Origin: Cystobasidiomycetes sp. EMM_F5
Taxonomy: Eukaryota
Length of the DNA stretch: 64,000 nt
NCBI GenBank assembly: GCA_051047955.1
Contig: JBPGPT010000023.1
Span: forward strand, 1-64,000
Direction of reading: 5' to 3'
Part shown: one piece after another, positions 1 to 11,152 of the stretch
Numbering within the stretch: position 1 is the stretch's first letter
Layout of the letters: every line of letters begins with the position of its first letter
Program-made: the position numbers and the translations under genes
Notes under the pieces: model-generated
Told to the model about the DNA's origin: nothing
The model's input: the letters and a program-made list of their open reading frames with translations, nothing else
Databases searched by the model: none

Positions 1-62
1 AAGAGGGAAGAGGGAAGAGGGAAGAGGGAAGAGGGAAGAGGGAAGAGGGAAGAGGGAAGGGA
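1..62. repeat. (AAGAGGG)n heptamer microsatellite, about 8 copies
   Basis: Directly visible; lies inside a minus-strand intron (polypyrimidine CCCTCTT) of the NUFIP1-like gene. Confidence 0.9.
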
Positions 63-172
63 AGAGAAAAGAGAATAGAGAGAAGGGACGAGAATGAAGC
101 ACGTCAGCGACAGACTACGCTCCGCTCCGCTTCGCTTCGCTCCGCTGGCTCCGCTAGCCTGTCTCACTCGAC

Positions 173-976
173 TCACTTTACCGGCCCATCCAACCCCCCA
201 CTCTCCCTCCTCGTCCCCTCTCTCCAAATCAGATGCCTATCCTGCTGATGAATCTCGACGACCTCTGGGAGTGCTTCAAACGTGCACCCTTTGTCTGCAT
301 TACAGCACTTTACATGCTGATTCCTCTGATGAGCGATGAGGTGGACGACGGACGGGAGGTGCATGTCGCAGGGTATGCAGTGGGTGGATGTGGATGTGGA
401 TGTGGATGTGGATGTGGATGTGGATGTGGATGTGGATGTAGACGTGGACGTGAATGTGGATGTAGACGTGGACGTGAATGTCATCTGGCCATGTATAGGA
501 TTTGGCGAGAGGGGTGATTGAGACTGATTTCCATAGAATGGAGTTGTAAACTGCCCGTGTCGAGGACTGTACACATCTCCAACTGCCTGCCTCGCTACCA
601 TCGGCTTGACTGCTGGAGGGAGGAGGGAGGGAGGGGCAGACATAGACGCAGAAGGCAGAGGGGGAGGGGGAAGGGGGAGGGGAGTGTGCCCAATACTCTT
701 CACAGCACTGTAGTCGACCACCGGCCTCGCTGGGAGTGCATGAAGAGGTCGCTGTGAGTAGACTGGCGGTGCTGGGAATGTATGTACTGGAAGGGTGTGA
801 TGGTATTGCTGCTGTGTGTTTTGTAATGGCTGCTGATGATTGTGATGATTATGCTGGCCACTCGTCGCTGGCCTGCTGACGACACTCGCTCGACCACTCG
901 TTGCGTTAGAGTAGCCATTGCTGCTGCTACCTGCATACTGCTGCAGGTTGTAGTAGGCTGCCCCGTCGAATGGCAT
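173..976 (-). CDS. NUFIP1/Rsa1-like zinc-finger protein (box C/D snoRNP assembly factor); first exon, gene continues off the left edge
   Basis: Q/P/H-rich N-terminus followed by CIPCDMHL..HQRNQHVKCC..GCTFEALPEVVEIHQQDRH, a tandem Zn-finger pattern like NUFIP1. A GTGAGT donor lies at about 176. Confidence 0.65.
   Translation of the reverse strand: MPFDGAAYYNLQQYAGSSSNGYSNATSGRASVVSRPATSGQHNHHNHQQPLQNTQQQYHHTLPVHTFPAPPVYSQRPLHALPARPVVDYSAVKSIGHTPLPLPPPPLPSASMSAPPSLLPPAVKPMVARQAVGDVYSPRHGQFTTPFYGNQSQSPLSPNPIHGQMTFTSTSTSTFTSTSTSTSTSTSTSTSTSTSTSTHCIPCDMHLPSVVHLIAHQRNQHVKCCNADKGCTFEALPEVVEIHQQDRHLIWREGTRRESGGLDGPVK
384..480. repeat. (GTGGAT)n hexamer repeat encoding a Thr-Ser dipeptide tract on the minus strand
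   Basis: Directly visible; translates to TSTSTSTS in ORF 173..976. Confidence 0.9.
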
Positions 977-1272
977 GGGTGGGGGTGACAGAGAGGGTAT
1001 AAATTGTGCAGTGAGAGTGATGATTATTCATAATGGATAGGCGACTACATTATTAGGAGCATTGCAGGGTAATAGACGATACTATTAATCATTCTAGTAG
1101 TCATGATAATACTGCTGTCCATCATAAACCATCAGATTAATATTACTACCCACCTCTTCGACCTCGTCGCCGCCCTGAGTCGCGCACTCACCCACTCCAA
1201 CCACACCCATACACCACACACGACACCCAATACACTGCCCAATACACTGCACTGCACCCACTCGTCTACTCA

Positions 1273-4200
1273 ATGTCGGCCGTCGCGAGCATCCCGCGCA
1301 CTGCGACCTTTGCGTGGTCGCACAAGGGTGCCCACCCGAGTCCTCTCTTGGCTACGGGGACAGTGAGCGGCGCACTCGACGAGTCGTTTACCAGCCAGGC
1401 GAGTCTGGAGGTGTGGGAGGTGTGGGGGGACGATGAGCAAGAGGGCAGCGAGGAGGAGAGGTGCAGGGCGAGGGTGAATGTGAATGCGAGGTGAGTGAGC
1501 GAGCGAGCGAGCGCACGAGCGGAGCGAGTGGGCGAGTGAGTGGAGTGAGGTAGAGTACAAGACGAGCAGCGAGCCTCTCAGTTTGTATATTGTATACTCT
1601 GTCCTCCTCCTCCCCCTTCTCATTCCACTTCATAACCTCATCCTCATCTGTTTGTACACATTCTCCCCTCTTAGTCTACTCTTTATTCCCATCCACCCCC
1701 TGTCTCTCCCTCTCTCTCCACTCACTCCCTCTCCGCTCATCCACCCATCCACCCATCCACTCATTCCCCATCCACCGCTGTGCCTGACTGACGCGCCACG
1801 TCGACCGACACCCAAAAATCCACACGCTGACTTGCTCTACTATCCCAGATTCAACCGCCTCGCATGGAGCGCACCGAGCGATGCACGGCCGAGGGGAATA
1901 CTCGCAGCGGGAATGGACAGTGGAGAGGTGGGTCTGTGGGATGCAGAGCGACTCTTGCAGGGAGAGGAGGAGGGGGAGGAGAAAGCTAAGGCTGGGTAGG
2001 TGCTTTTTGAGGGTGGTGGGTGTTGAAGACGGTGCACTGATGCGGTGGTGTTGTGTTGTGATCTCGTCTGGCGATATACTTCTGGCCGTATCCTCTGTAC
2101 GACGTACTCTTCCGACAATCTATTCTATGGGTCATCTATCCTCTGACGACGCATTCTCTGAATCTCTCCAATCTCATAACGCAATGCATCACCCTCATTC
2201 GGGCTGTTGCATGGTCGACGCTCTGCCATTGCCCTCTACATGACTACTATGCCTCGTCCTGGTCATTTCGACCTCTCGAAAACTCGCAATGGAATACACA
2301 CTACATGCAGAGCATCCATATTCACCACAGACCGGCACAGAGGGAGCGTGAGGGGTCTGGCATGGAATGCCCTACAGCCAAATCTGTTTGCATCGGGGGC
2401 AACAGACGCAGAGGTGAGCGCAGCGTCGAGGCGCAGTGTCAAGGCGCGGAGCGCCGAGACGACCAAGTGCTGTGATGAATGGACAATGCGACTGACTCAA
2501 TTATCCATTCTCTACATTCTCCTTGACTGCATATCGCATGCTGCGATTTGTCGATACCATCACTCTTTCCGCCCCTGTCTACCTCTTCGCTTTCTTTTAT
2601 ACTGCCCTTTCCCCTGCTCTTCTCTTCCCGTACCCCATCCAACCACCGCACGCCTCCGCACTCTCTTTTGCAGATCTTTATCTGGGACACCAAGAATCTC
2701 AGCAAACCATACGGCCCATCAGCCAACAAGTCGCGTCATCTGACAGATATCACAGCACTAGCGTGGAATCCTAGTGTCGCTCATATACTTGCAACCGCCT
2801 CCGCTTCCGGAAGTACTGTCGTATGGGATCTGAAGGGCAGACAGGAGGTAATCCACCTGTCATATCTCGGAAATCAGGGGTCCGTCTATTCTCAGGGCCC
2901 GAAACCAGTCAGTAGTATCTGCTGGCATGCGGAGAGGGTGAGGCGTGGCGATGCCATCTATCCAAATGGGCAAGATCTGATGTTTGTACGTCCTTCTGCC
3001 AGGGAACGCGAGTCATTACAGCCTCGGAAGATGACGGCGCTCCGGTCGTATTGGTGTGGGATTTGAGAAATTATAGAACACCTGAACGCGTTCTCTCTGG
3101 TCACGACAAGGGGATCCTCTCGCTCGATTGGTGTAAAGAAGACCCGGAGCTCCTCTTTTCATGCGGCAAAGACTGTAGGACGCTTGCATGGAATCCTTCT
3201 ACCGGCGAGATGGTGGGAGAGGTGCGTCGGAACCAAGTATGGATCCAAATAGAGTAAAATATGCTGAATGCTTTTGACTTTTAGCTTCCCGCAACGACAA
3301 ATTGGGCATTTGATGTCGCGTCATGTCCACGCAACCCGAGCTTTGTGGCGGTCGCTTCATTCGACGGCAAAATTAGTGTGTCATCGTTGCAAAACACTTC
3401 TGCTCCGGCACAGGCATCAACAGGACAGCAGCCCATTTCATCAGACAACGCAGCCGACATCTTCAGTGCTGGCAACCTGAGCACTTTGGCTGCTCAAGTT
3501 CACCCTGGTGTTTCCCTCAGGCAGCCACCGAGATGGCTAAAACGACCAGTGTCGAGCAGTTTTGGTTTTGGAAGCAAGCTTGCCACCGTTGGTCCCACCA
3601 TGACCCCTCAGATCAACGCGCAGACGGGACAGCCAATGCCCGTACCGAGACCTGTACATGTCCATCAGGTCGTCACGGACTCGGACATTGTAGACCGTGC
3701 AGTCAAGCTAGACCATGCGATTGATTCACAGTCGCTCTCGGACTTTTGTAGCCAAAAACTGACTGTAGCAAATCAGCACGGTCAGGATGCGAGCTCGGAA
3801 GCTAGCATCGAGAGTTGGAGGCTCTTATCTTCCCTCTTTCAAGCCAATTCAAGGGACGAGCTCGTCTCTCTACTCAATTTTTCCAAAGCAGAGGTACAGC
3901 AAAAAGTTGCAACTGCCATCAGGTCCTTCAAAGGCACTTCTGGTCAGGCAGAAGGACTTGGAAATGGCAAGACTAGCTCGTCTGAATCTGGAGACGCAGA
4001 TGATGCAGGTAGTATTGCGCGAGAACCGCTAGTCACTTTTGCAGATCAACACGCTTCCAGCGATAATGCCGCGCGATCGTCGGAAGGCGAGGGCGCAGCC
4101 GCTACACGAGCTGTACAGGGTAACGAGGCTACACCGTCAGAGACGGAAGCAAGTGTCAGTTTAACCTCCGATGCTACCAAAGTTGCAGACTCTGAAGTCA

Positions 4201-6471
4201 CCGAACCGAGCCTATTTGGTGATGACGGCGCTCTCAATCAAAACGCCCAACAGCAGGCGGCAGCGGACTTCTACTCATCGCTTGGCAGTGGTACACAGTC
4301 GGACCGACCAGCTACATTATCAGACCGGTTCGGTCTGTCGCAACAAGGTATGGAACGTGCTGGTTCGTCTGTAGCTGCGACTGCAGGATCCAGGCCGTCA
4401 TCGGTCGCGAGCGACAGCATCAAAGCATCGACATTCCGCATTTATCCAAAGGACGAATCCGAAGCGGACAAACTACTCACACGAGCTCTCGTGCTTGGCG
4501 ACTTTGAGAGCGCAGTGACGCTTTGCATATCTGCTGATCGCTTCGCCGATGCACTCCTGTTGTCTGCTCAAGGCGGACCGGAGTTGCTTGCCAAAACTCA
4601 AAAGGCCTACTTTGAGAAACGGACCGGCACCCTTCCCTTCCTCCGCTTGTTCCAGTCTATCATATCGAACGATCTTACAGATATCGTACAGAATGCCGAC
4701 CTGAAAGACTGGCAGGAGATCTTTGTAGTCTTGTGTACCTTTGCCAAGAACGAAGAGTATCCTACTCTTGTCGAACAGCTTGGTCAACGCCTGGAATATC
4801 AATACGCTGTCAGCAAGACGACGGGATCAGATGCTGCAGCAGGGTTGTCTCAGCGAAAAAGCGCAGTCCTGTGCTACCTCGCTGCTGGCAAGCTCGAAAA
4901 GGTGGTCAATATCTGGAACGATGAATTGAAGGAGGAAGAGAGGGCTGTCGAGAAGAGTATGGGCGCCAGCCCAAATTCAAGCGCTGCCAGATTCACTTCA
5001 CATGCGAGGGCGCTGCAGTCGTTCATAGAGAAGGTTACTGTCTTCATCAGCGCAAAGGCCTATGTTGATACAGATCTGGCACATTCGGCATCATCATTTG
5101 ATCAGGGTGCGAGTCACGGTAGCCAATCGTACAAGCTTGCACCCCTCTATGACAGATATCACGAATACGCTGAACTTTTGGCTTCGCAAGGCCTCGTTTC
5201 GCTGGCAGTGAGGTATGCAAGCCTTACGCCGTCTGACTACCAATCACCCGGTAGCGGCGTCTCTGCAAGAGACAGATTGCAAACCAGCACCGGTAAGGCT
5301 TTCAAAGGTACGATCAAATCGTCTTTTGAAATTGTAACTGTTGGCTGACTTCTACACCTTGTAGCACCTAGCAAAATTTCGCAACAGTCACAGCAACCAA
5401 ATGTTGTTTCTGCTGCCGTCCCAGCATATCAGGCGGTCCAGCCGGCTATGGTCCCGTTTGCGAGCACTTCATACTACCCTGTCACGGCCCCGATCATTCC
5501 CCAGCAAGCCCAGCAACAACCGCAAGTCGCGTATGATGATCCATATCGACCTGCCGCTAGCGCATCGCAGCCGCAACAAGCGCCATATGGGCAAACTTTG
5601 GGTCCCTACCCCTCTCAAAATGGTTATGGTCAGGCACCAAACGGCTTTGCAACAAACGGGTACGGTCAGACATCATACGGGCAACAAACCATAGGTGGCA
5701 ATCTTCCCTATCAACCAATTCAGCAAGCCCCGCCCCCGCCGCAGCCAGTGCAGCCGCCCCCGCCAAAGAAGCCAGTAGGAGGATGGAATGTATGTGACTG
5801 TAGCTTTCCGGTATTTGCCATGCTAAGATCGCTTAATTACGTAGGACGCGCCAATTATCAAACGCCCGTCGTCGACCGCGAATGCTGCTGCAAAGGCTTC
5901 GGCTGCACCGATCTATTCGCCATTCCCAAATGCCTCGCCGACAACGCCAAACGCGTACGGGGGACCTCCTGCTTCTTTCCAGGGCCCGCCGCCCGCGGGA
6001 GGAACCGGGAATGCCGTCCCACCTCCGCCGCCATCAAGAGGGACTACAAGGACACCCGCTCAGCAAATGCAGCAGCAGCCGTTCGTGTCACCGCCACAAG
6101 CCCGCGGGCAAGCATCAGGCCCCGCGCCTGGTCCGCCTGGTCATATGCAGCAGAACACGGTCTACGGTCAAGGTCCTGCCGGTATGCAGCCACGACCTGG
6201 TAGCAGAGGGCCAGTGCCTATAGGTATGCAGTCTCAGCAGGGGCCGCCGGCCGGCCGATATGGACCTCCTCCAGGCCAAGGTCAAATGCAGGGCCCGGGG
6301 CAGGGTCAACAGATGCAAAACGGACCGCCACGTACAGTGCAGCAACAACAGGGTCCGCCATACAGTAATTCTCAGATGCAAGGTCATCCCCAACAGCAAT
6401 ACCAACAGCCACAGCAGCCACAACAGCAGCTTCCAATGGTGCCGCCTCCACCTCCTCCTTCCCGCAGATAA
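1273..6471 (+). CDS. SEC31: COPII outer coat protein Sec31 (multi-exon)
   Basis: N-terminal IPRTATFAWS..LLATGTVSGALDESF, WD40 repeats (RFNRLAW, HRGSVRGLAWN, GHDKGILSLDWC), PPRWLKRP motif, ACE1 region (ALVLGDFESAV, FLRLFQSI), GWND motif and Pro-rich tail. Introns at 1491-1848, 1996-2310, 2414-2673, about 2938-3002, 3222-3284, 5309-5364 and 5790-5844. Confidence 0.96.
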
Positions 6472-6645
6472 GACAGCGGCCGTCTTGCTGAATTGCATCA
6501 AAAGCCATTGCGACATGCTTGTTGAATGTAGACATGTGAGAGCCATGAATGTAGTGCATGACGAAAGAAACGAGCCACAAATGGATGAAACACTTTCATC
6601 CGCTAATATACAATTACCGAAGTTCAGACCACGTATTGTTACGCG

Positions 6646-8669
6646 CTACATTTCAACGATTACCGGAGCATCGTCTCCCTCCTCTACGTACTCATCGTCA
6701 TCATCTGGCGTCGCAAGGAGATTGTATTGCGCGGTACGTGTCCCTCTGGACGCAGCCAAGTCTGCCTCTGGCGCATACCGAGTCGTACTCGGCTGCAGGC
6801 TTTCCAAGTGCCAGCCGAATTTACTATTCACGAGTGATTGCACTCGAGACCAAGCTTGTTTGATTTCTTCGATGTGTCCTTGTGCGGATGAGGATAGATG
6901 ACCTATGCTATATGAGCGGATAGCAGACCTTAGCGCGCACCGCAGGTTGACCATTTCGTCCAGGATGAATGCATCGAAATCAGGCAGATCCTCAGCAAAG
7001 AACTCTGCTCGCAAATGCTCAAGGTGGACATAGAGAACCTGTCGTAAGAGAGCATGATAGAGTGACAAGACATGCTCCAGAGATAGCGATGTGTTCTTGG
7101 TTGAGGATTCTGGCGATAGAATTGAGGTCGACCGACACAGCAGGCTCAACAAGGATTTGTATGCGTCAAGAGCGGAGAAATTGTGCAGTTGCGTCACAAG
7201 AATGAAGGCGAGCTGCATATTCCCAAGGAGCTGCAAGGCATCTAGACACGATAGCTGTATATCAGTACGTTACAAGCTACCGGAATGATGATGCCCACCC
7301 CCGTTGAGCTGCTGCTGTATGACAGCACCCAGAAGCTGGAAGTTTTCGCAAATCAGCTCGGAAAGCAAAGTTCAAATATAGTGCTAGCCTACCCAGCTTT
7401 TATCCCTACTGTTTGTACTCAACTCTTCTCCACTCGCTCCTTCCCGCCATGAACGCTTGAGATCAAACACAGGAAATGACAAGATGCGTTCTGTTGGCTG
7501 ATCATCTGAAATACTACCCGCTTCGGCTGGGACGCCACTCTGTGATTCATCGAGCTCGTTCTTGTCGTGCGATACATCCTCCGTGCTCTCTGGGATCGCA
7601 TTCGATTCGCGAATGTTGCCATCACTAGACTCGCGTGGTTTGCCCCAAACCGTTCTAGCCGAGTCGATTGTTGCGCGTCCAGCATTGCTCCGCGACGCTA
7701 TCAGCTCATCCGTCTTGCTGGACATGAGCGCATCTGCTCGACTATCTCCCATTGCGTCGACACCGAGCACAGTATCGAGCGTCTTCTGAGTGATCAGGGA
7801 GGTGAGCTCCTTCCACTGCTTATGACCTTCGAAAGGGTACGGCGCGAGTTGCGGGTCAAGGGTACGTAATTGATCGTGTGTCAGAGTTTGAGGAGTTTGA
7901 GGTCTGGCAGTCGCGGGGGAAAGTGATGTGGATGTGCTGGCGCGGATGGATGTTTCGTCTGCTGACGTTATTGACGTTCTTCTCCGCTTGGAGATTGCAT
8001 TCTCGTCGTTATGGTCGACTTCCAACTCCGCTACGGACGACGAGGGCAGTGACAGAGGCTTGAAGACGGCAACTACGTCTTCGATGCTGTCATCCCACTT
8101 TCTCACGACGACCTCGCGAGCTTTCGTGAAGCGAAGGATTCCTCTGCGGATTGTAAATGTATTTCCGAACGGTGTTGGAGGAACGGGTTGGGAGGAAGTG
8201 CTACTCTGGGCGGGAGGGCTGGAGTACAGGAAGAGATGAAGACCGGGAGGTAGGAATTTTATACCCTGTAGCACGCAGAAGTCAATTAGGAATGTAGAGT
8301 CGACGATCATCAATGAAAAGGGAGCGCGAATGAGATGTCAGTGAAGTCAGACGAGTTCAATGCAGACGTTACGATGTTTGCAAATCCAGGACCAGAATTA
8401 AAGACGAGCATCAACGTCAAACAGAGCGGAAGGGAAAGAGCAGAATGAGCAGCAACAAGTCAGAACGCAGTCAAACGTCTCGTTCACTCGCAGCACTTGT
8501 AATGACAGCTGTCCTTGATTGGAAATCAAAGACGCACAGCAAACCGCTTAACAGCCCAAACGCTGCCATCGATACCAAATTCCTGGCCTGGAGCCTCCAG
8601 AGGCAGAATAAAGAAACCGCCAGCATCAAAGAGAGCCTTTGCCTGCTCTGGCGCTAGCTGGCTCTGCAT
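6646..8669 (-). CDS. AAR2: U5 snRNP assembly factor Aar2
   Basis: Spliced: MQSQLAPEQAKALFDAGGFFILPLEAPGQEFGIDGSVWAVKRFA|GIKFLPPGLHLF..LAPYP..W..LTSLIT..RDKSW..LLGNMQLAF..EEGDDAPVIVEM. First intron is 8266-8537. Confidence 0.92.
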
Positions 8670-9095
8670 CTGGCCCAAGTTGTTCTGTAGCAGAGTTGCG
8701 ACGGATTGTACGCCGAGCGGTCAATCGACAAGACATGCAACGGGATGTTACAGTGCACGGAGCAGGACAATCTAGTAGAGACAAGTAACGGGCAGCAAGA
8801 CTATGCGAGGAATAACAGTAGACACACGCAAGACGGTGTTGACGGAATCGACTGTCGACAGGAAATCAGCAAAGTTGGATTGACGACCGGCGGAAGCACT
8901 GACCAGCTGAGTATTCTCCGTCGACTTGTGCCGCGTTCATTCAGGTCTTCCCCGACAATTGCCTGCATTGCCTGATGTTGGCCTCCTTCGATACGTCCTG
9001 CATCCATTGCATTCATTCACTGCCAGAACCAATCCAGAAATCTCCAATCATCTCTCGAAACCGTCGAGAGTGCGCCTGCTGAGCTCCAACACTGT

Positions 9096-9472
9096 CTATC
9101 TTTGCTTGACGAAGCCGAGGTCCTTTGACTTTTCACGGAAGCACTGACGGCACATGTTGAGGCCGTATTTTCTGACGAAATCCACATCAGGTCAGGAAAT
9201 GTCTTTTGACGGACATAGCGTGTCCATGTGGACCTAGTCGAATCTACCTGATGAGACCAGCCTGGTGCATGCAGATGCGGCTGCGGACCAAACACACACA
9301 ATCAGCCGTGAATGGGCATTCTCTCGTCCATTCCTGCCGCACCATTGCCTGGATCCTTTGCCGTACTCCTTTGGCCTAGAGTTCCATACGTTTTCGTGAG
9401 CCTGCGCGTTAACGAGTCAGACCGTGTCGTCCAACTCCTCTGGTCGCAATCTGCAGCCCAATCCCTCACCAT
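9096..9472 (-). CDS. RPS29: 40S ribosomal protein S29 (uS14), 4 exons
   Basis: Spliced product [56 protein letters not shown]; the first coding exon is the ATG alone. Confidence 0.97.
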
Positions 9473-9732
9473 GATGGGCAATCTGAGCGAGAAGAGCGGG
9501 GCGAGCGGTCAGCACCGAGCGTAGCAGGATGACAGTATGCCGTTTGTCGCTCACAGGGATCCACTGGTGGTTATATACGAGTATTAGCAATTGCAGCTTC
9601 GTTGCCTCCTCCCCCTCCCCTCAGCTCTCCCTTCCCTCCTTGATCGAAGCAGGAAAAATCAGGCAAATCGCTCGAGAGTTTGGGAGGTCACTTAGAGCGA
9701 GCAAATAACGGACTCCACACCCTCCACGAACA

Positions 9733-10685
9733 ATGTCGAAATCACAGTCTGTGCAAACATTCGGCAAAAAGAAGACGGTGAGGTCAAAGAAACAACGGCG
9801 AGAATCGGATGGACAAGGCGGGCGTTTTTTGGCTGAGTCTGGGTAAACTGCAACAGGCCACCGCCGTAGCGTTCGTCAAGGAGGGCAAGGGCTTGATCCG
9901 CGTAAATGGAAGCCCAATCGGTCTCGTAGAGCCGCAGATTCTGAGAATGAAGGTGTACGAGCCGGTAAGTTGCGATGGAGCGTATGGCGAAAAGTCGAGC
10001 GAGCTTTGCGGGCGGAGCGGGGATTGGAGGTTACGATACGAGCGCCTGCAGTGCAAGAGAAGGACGCTGGACCCAGCACAATGGCACGGGGTGGGAATGG
10101 CCAGAGCATGGAGGAGCTTGTATGGCCGGTCAAGGAGATCAGTGGAAAGTCGGGAAATACCCGCAGGAAGGAGACACACACTGGACGCCCGTCCCACACA
10201 CATGCAGCCGCCGACGATACGACTCCACTCCACGTCGACCCTACCGCAAAGCTCGACATACACTTAAAGCCATCTAGGCATTGGTCCAGCGCATCACGCT
10301 GACTGTTTGGCTATTGCACTCTCTCACAGGTTCTCATCCTCAAGCCCGCAGCTTTTGAAAACGTAGATATCCGGGTCCGCGTCTCTGGTGGTGGCCACAC
10401 GTCGCAAATCTACGCCATCAGACAGGCAATCGCAAAGGGAATCGTAGCCTACACTGCCAAATACGAGGATGCCGCTCAAGCGCTAGACTTGAAGAAGAAG
10501 CTCGTCACGTATGACCGTACACTCCTCGTTGCAGACCCACGCAGATGCGAGCCAAAGAAGTTTGGCGGTCCAGGTGCAAGAGCTCGTTACCAAAGTATGT
10601 CTTGGGTAGACACTGTACACGCTCGTACTCGTACACCATCTGACTTCTCCTCCCTTGCCTTCATACAACAGAATCCTACAGATGA
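9733..10685 (+). CDS. RPS16: 40S ribosomal protein S16 (uS9), 4 exons
   Basis: [98 protein letters not shown]. Confidence 0.98.
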
Positions 10686-11152
10686 ACGAATTTTTGGTTT
10701 GTTCTCGGTCTTTTGCATGTCGTTTCCTTTACATTTTATTGGTCCCGGACGGCCTCGTCAGTATAGGGCAGGTGGAAAAGAGGATATCGAGCTTTGATTA
10801 TAAAAGCCGAGGGCCGAATCTCCGCCCCAGCTTGTAGCTGCTGCGTTAGCGTTCATGTCAGTAGAAGCGTGACGAGGCGCAGTATTACTACAGAAAAGCA
10901 CGTCCTCGGCCATTTACCGATTGGCTTGCGGAAATTTTCTTCACTGAAGGCAGTGAGCTGACTAGACCTGATTAAGTACCGCCGACTTGGGGTGCTGAGC
11001 ATTATGAGGACAACGAGACTTCCACTTAAATCCTAGCAAACACCGACAACAGCTGACTCAGAATGGACACAAAGCACGGCTAGATTTTCACTAGCTCGGT
11101 CGCTTCGCTCGAGACGTTTCTATCCCTGCAAGTTTTCGACGCAACGTATATA

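Noticed and set aside
1..62. AAGAGGG array as a telomere
   Set aside because: A left telomere would read C-rich on the + strand, the unit is not TTAGGG-like, and the array lies within an intron of a gene that continues leftward.
233..521. Plus-strand ORFs with GC and VD dipeptide repeats
   Set aside because: They are antisense shadows of the Thr-Ser-coding microsatellite.
8706..8975. ORF ending in TIACIA as a CAAX pheromone precursor
   Set aside because: The Cys is third from the end rather than fourth, and there are no repeated peptide units.
9784..10302. Five overlapping ORFs over RPS16
   Set aside because: They arise from a GC-rich, stop-poor intron and have no protein-like features beyond the RPS16 exon.
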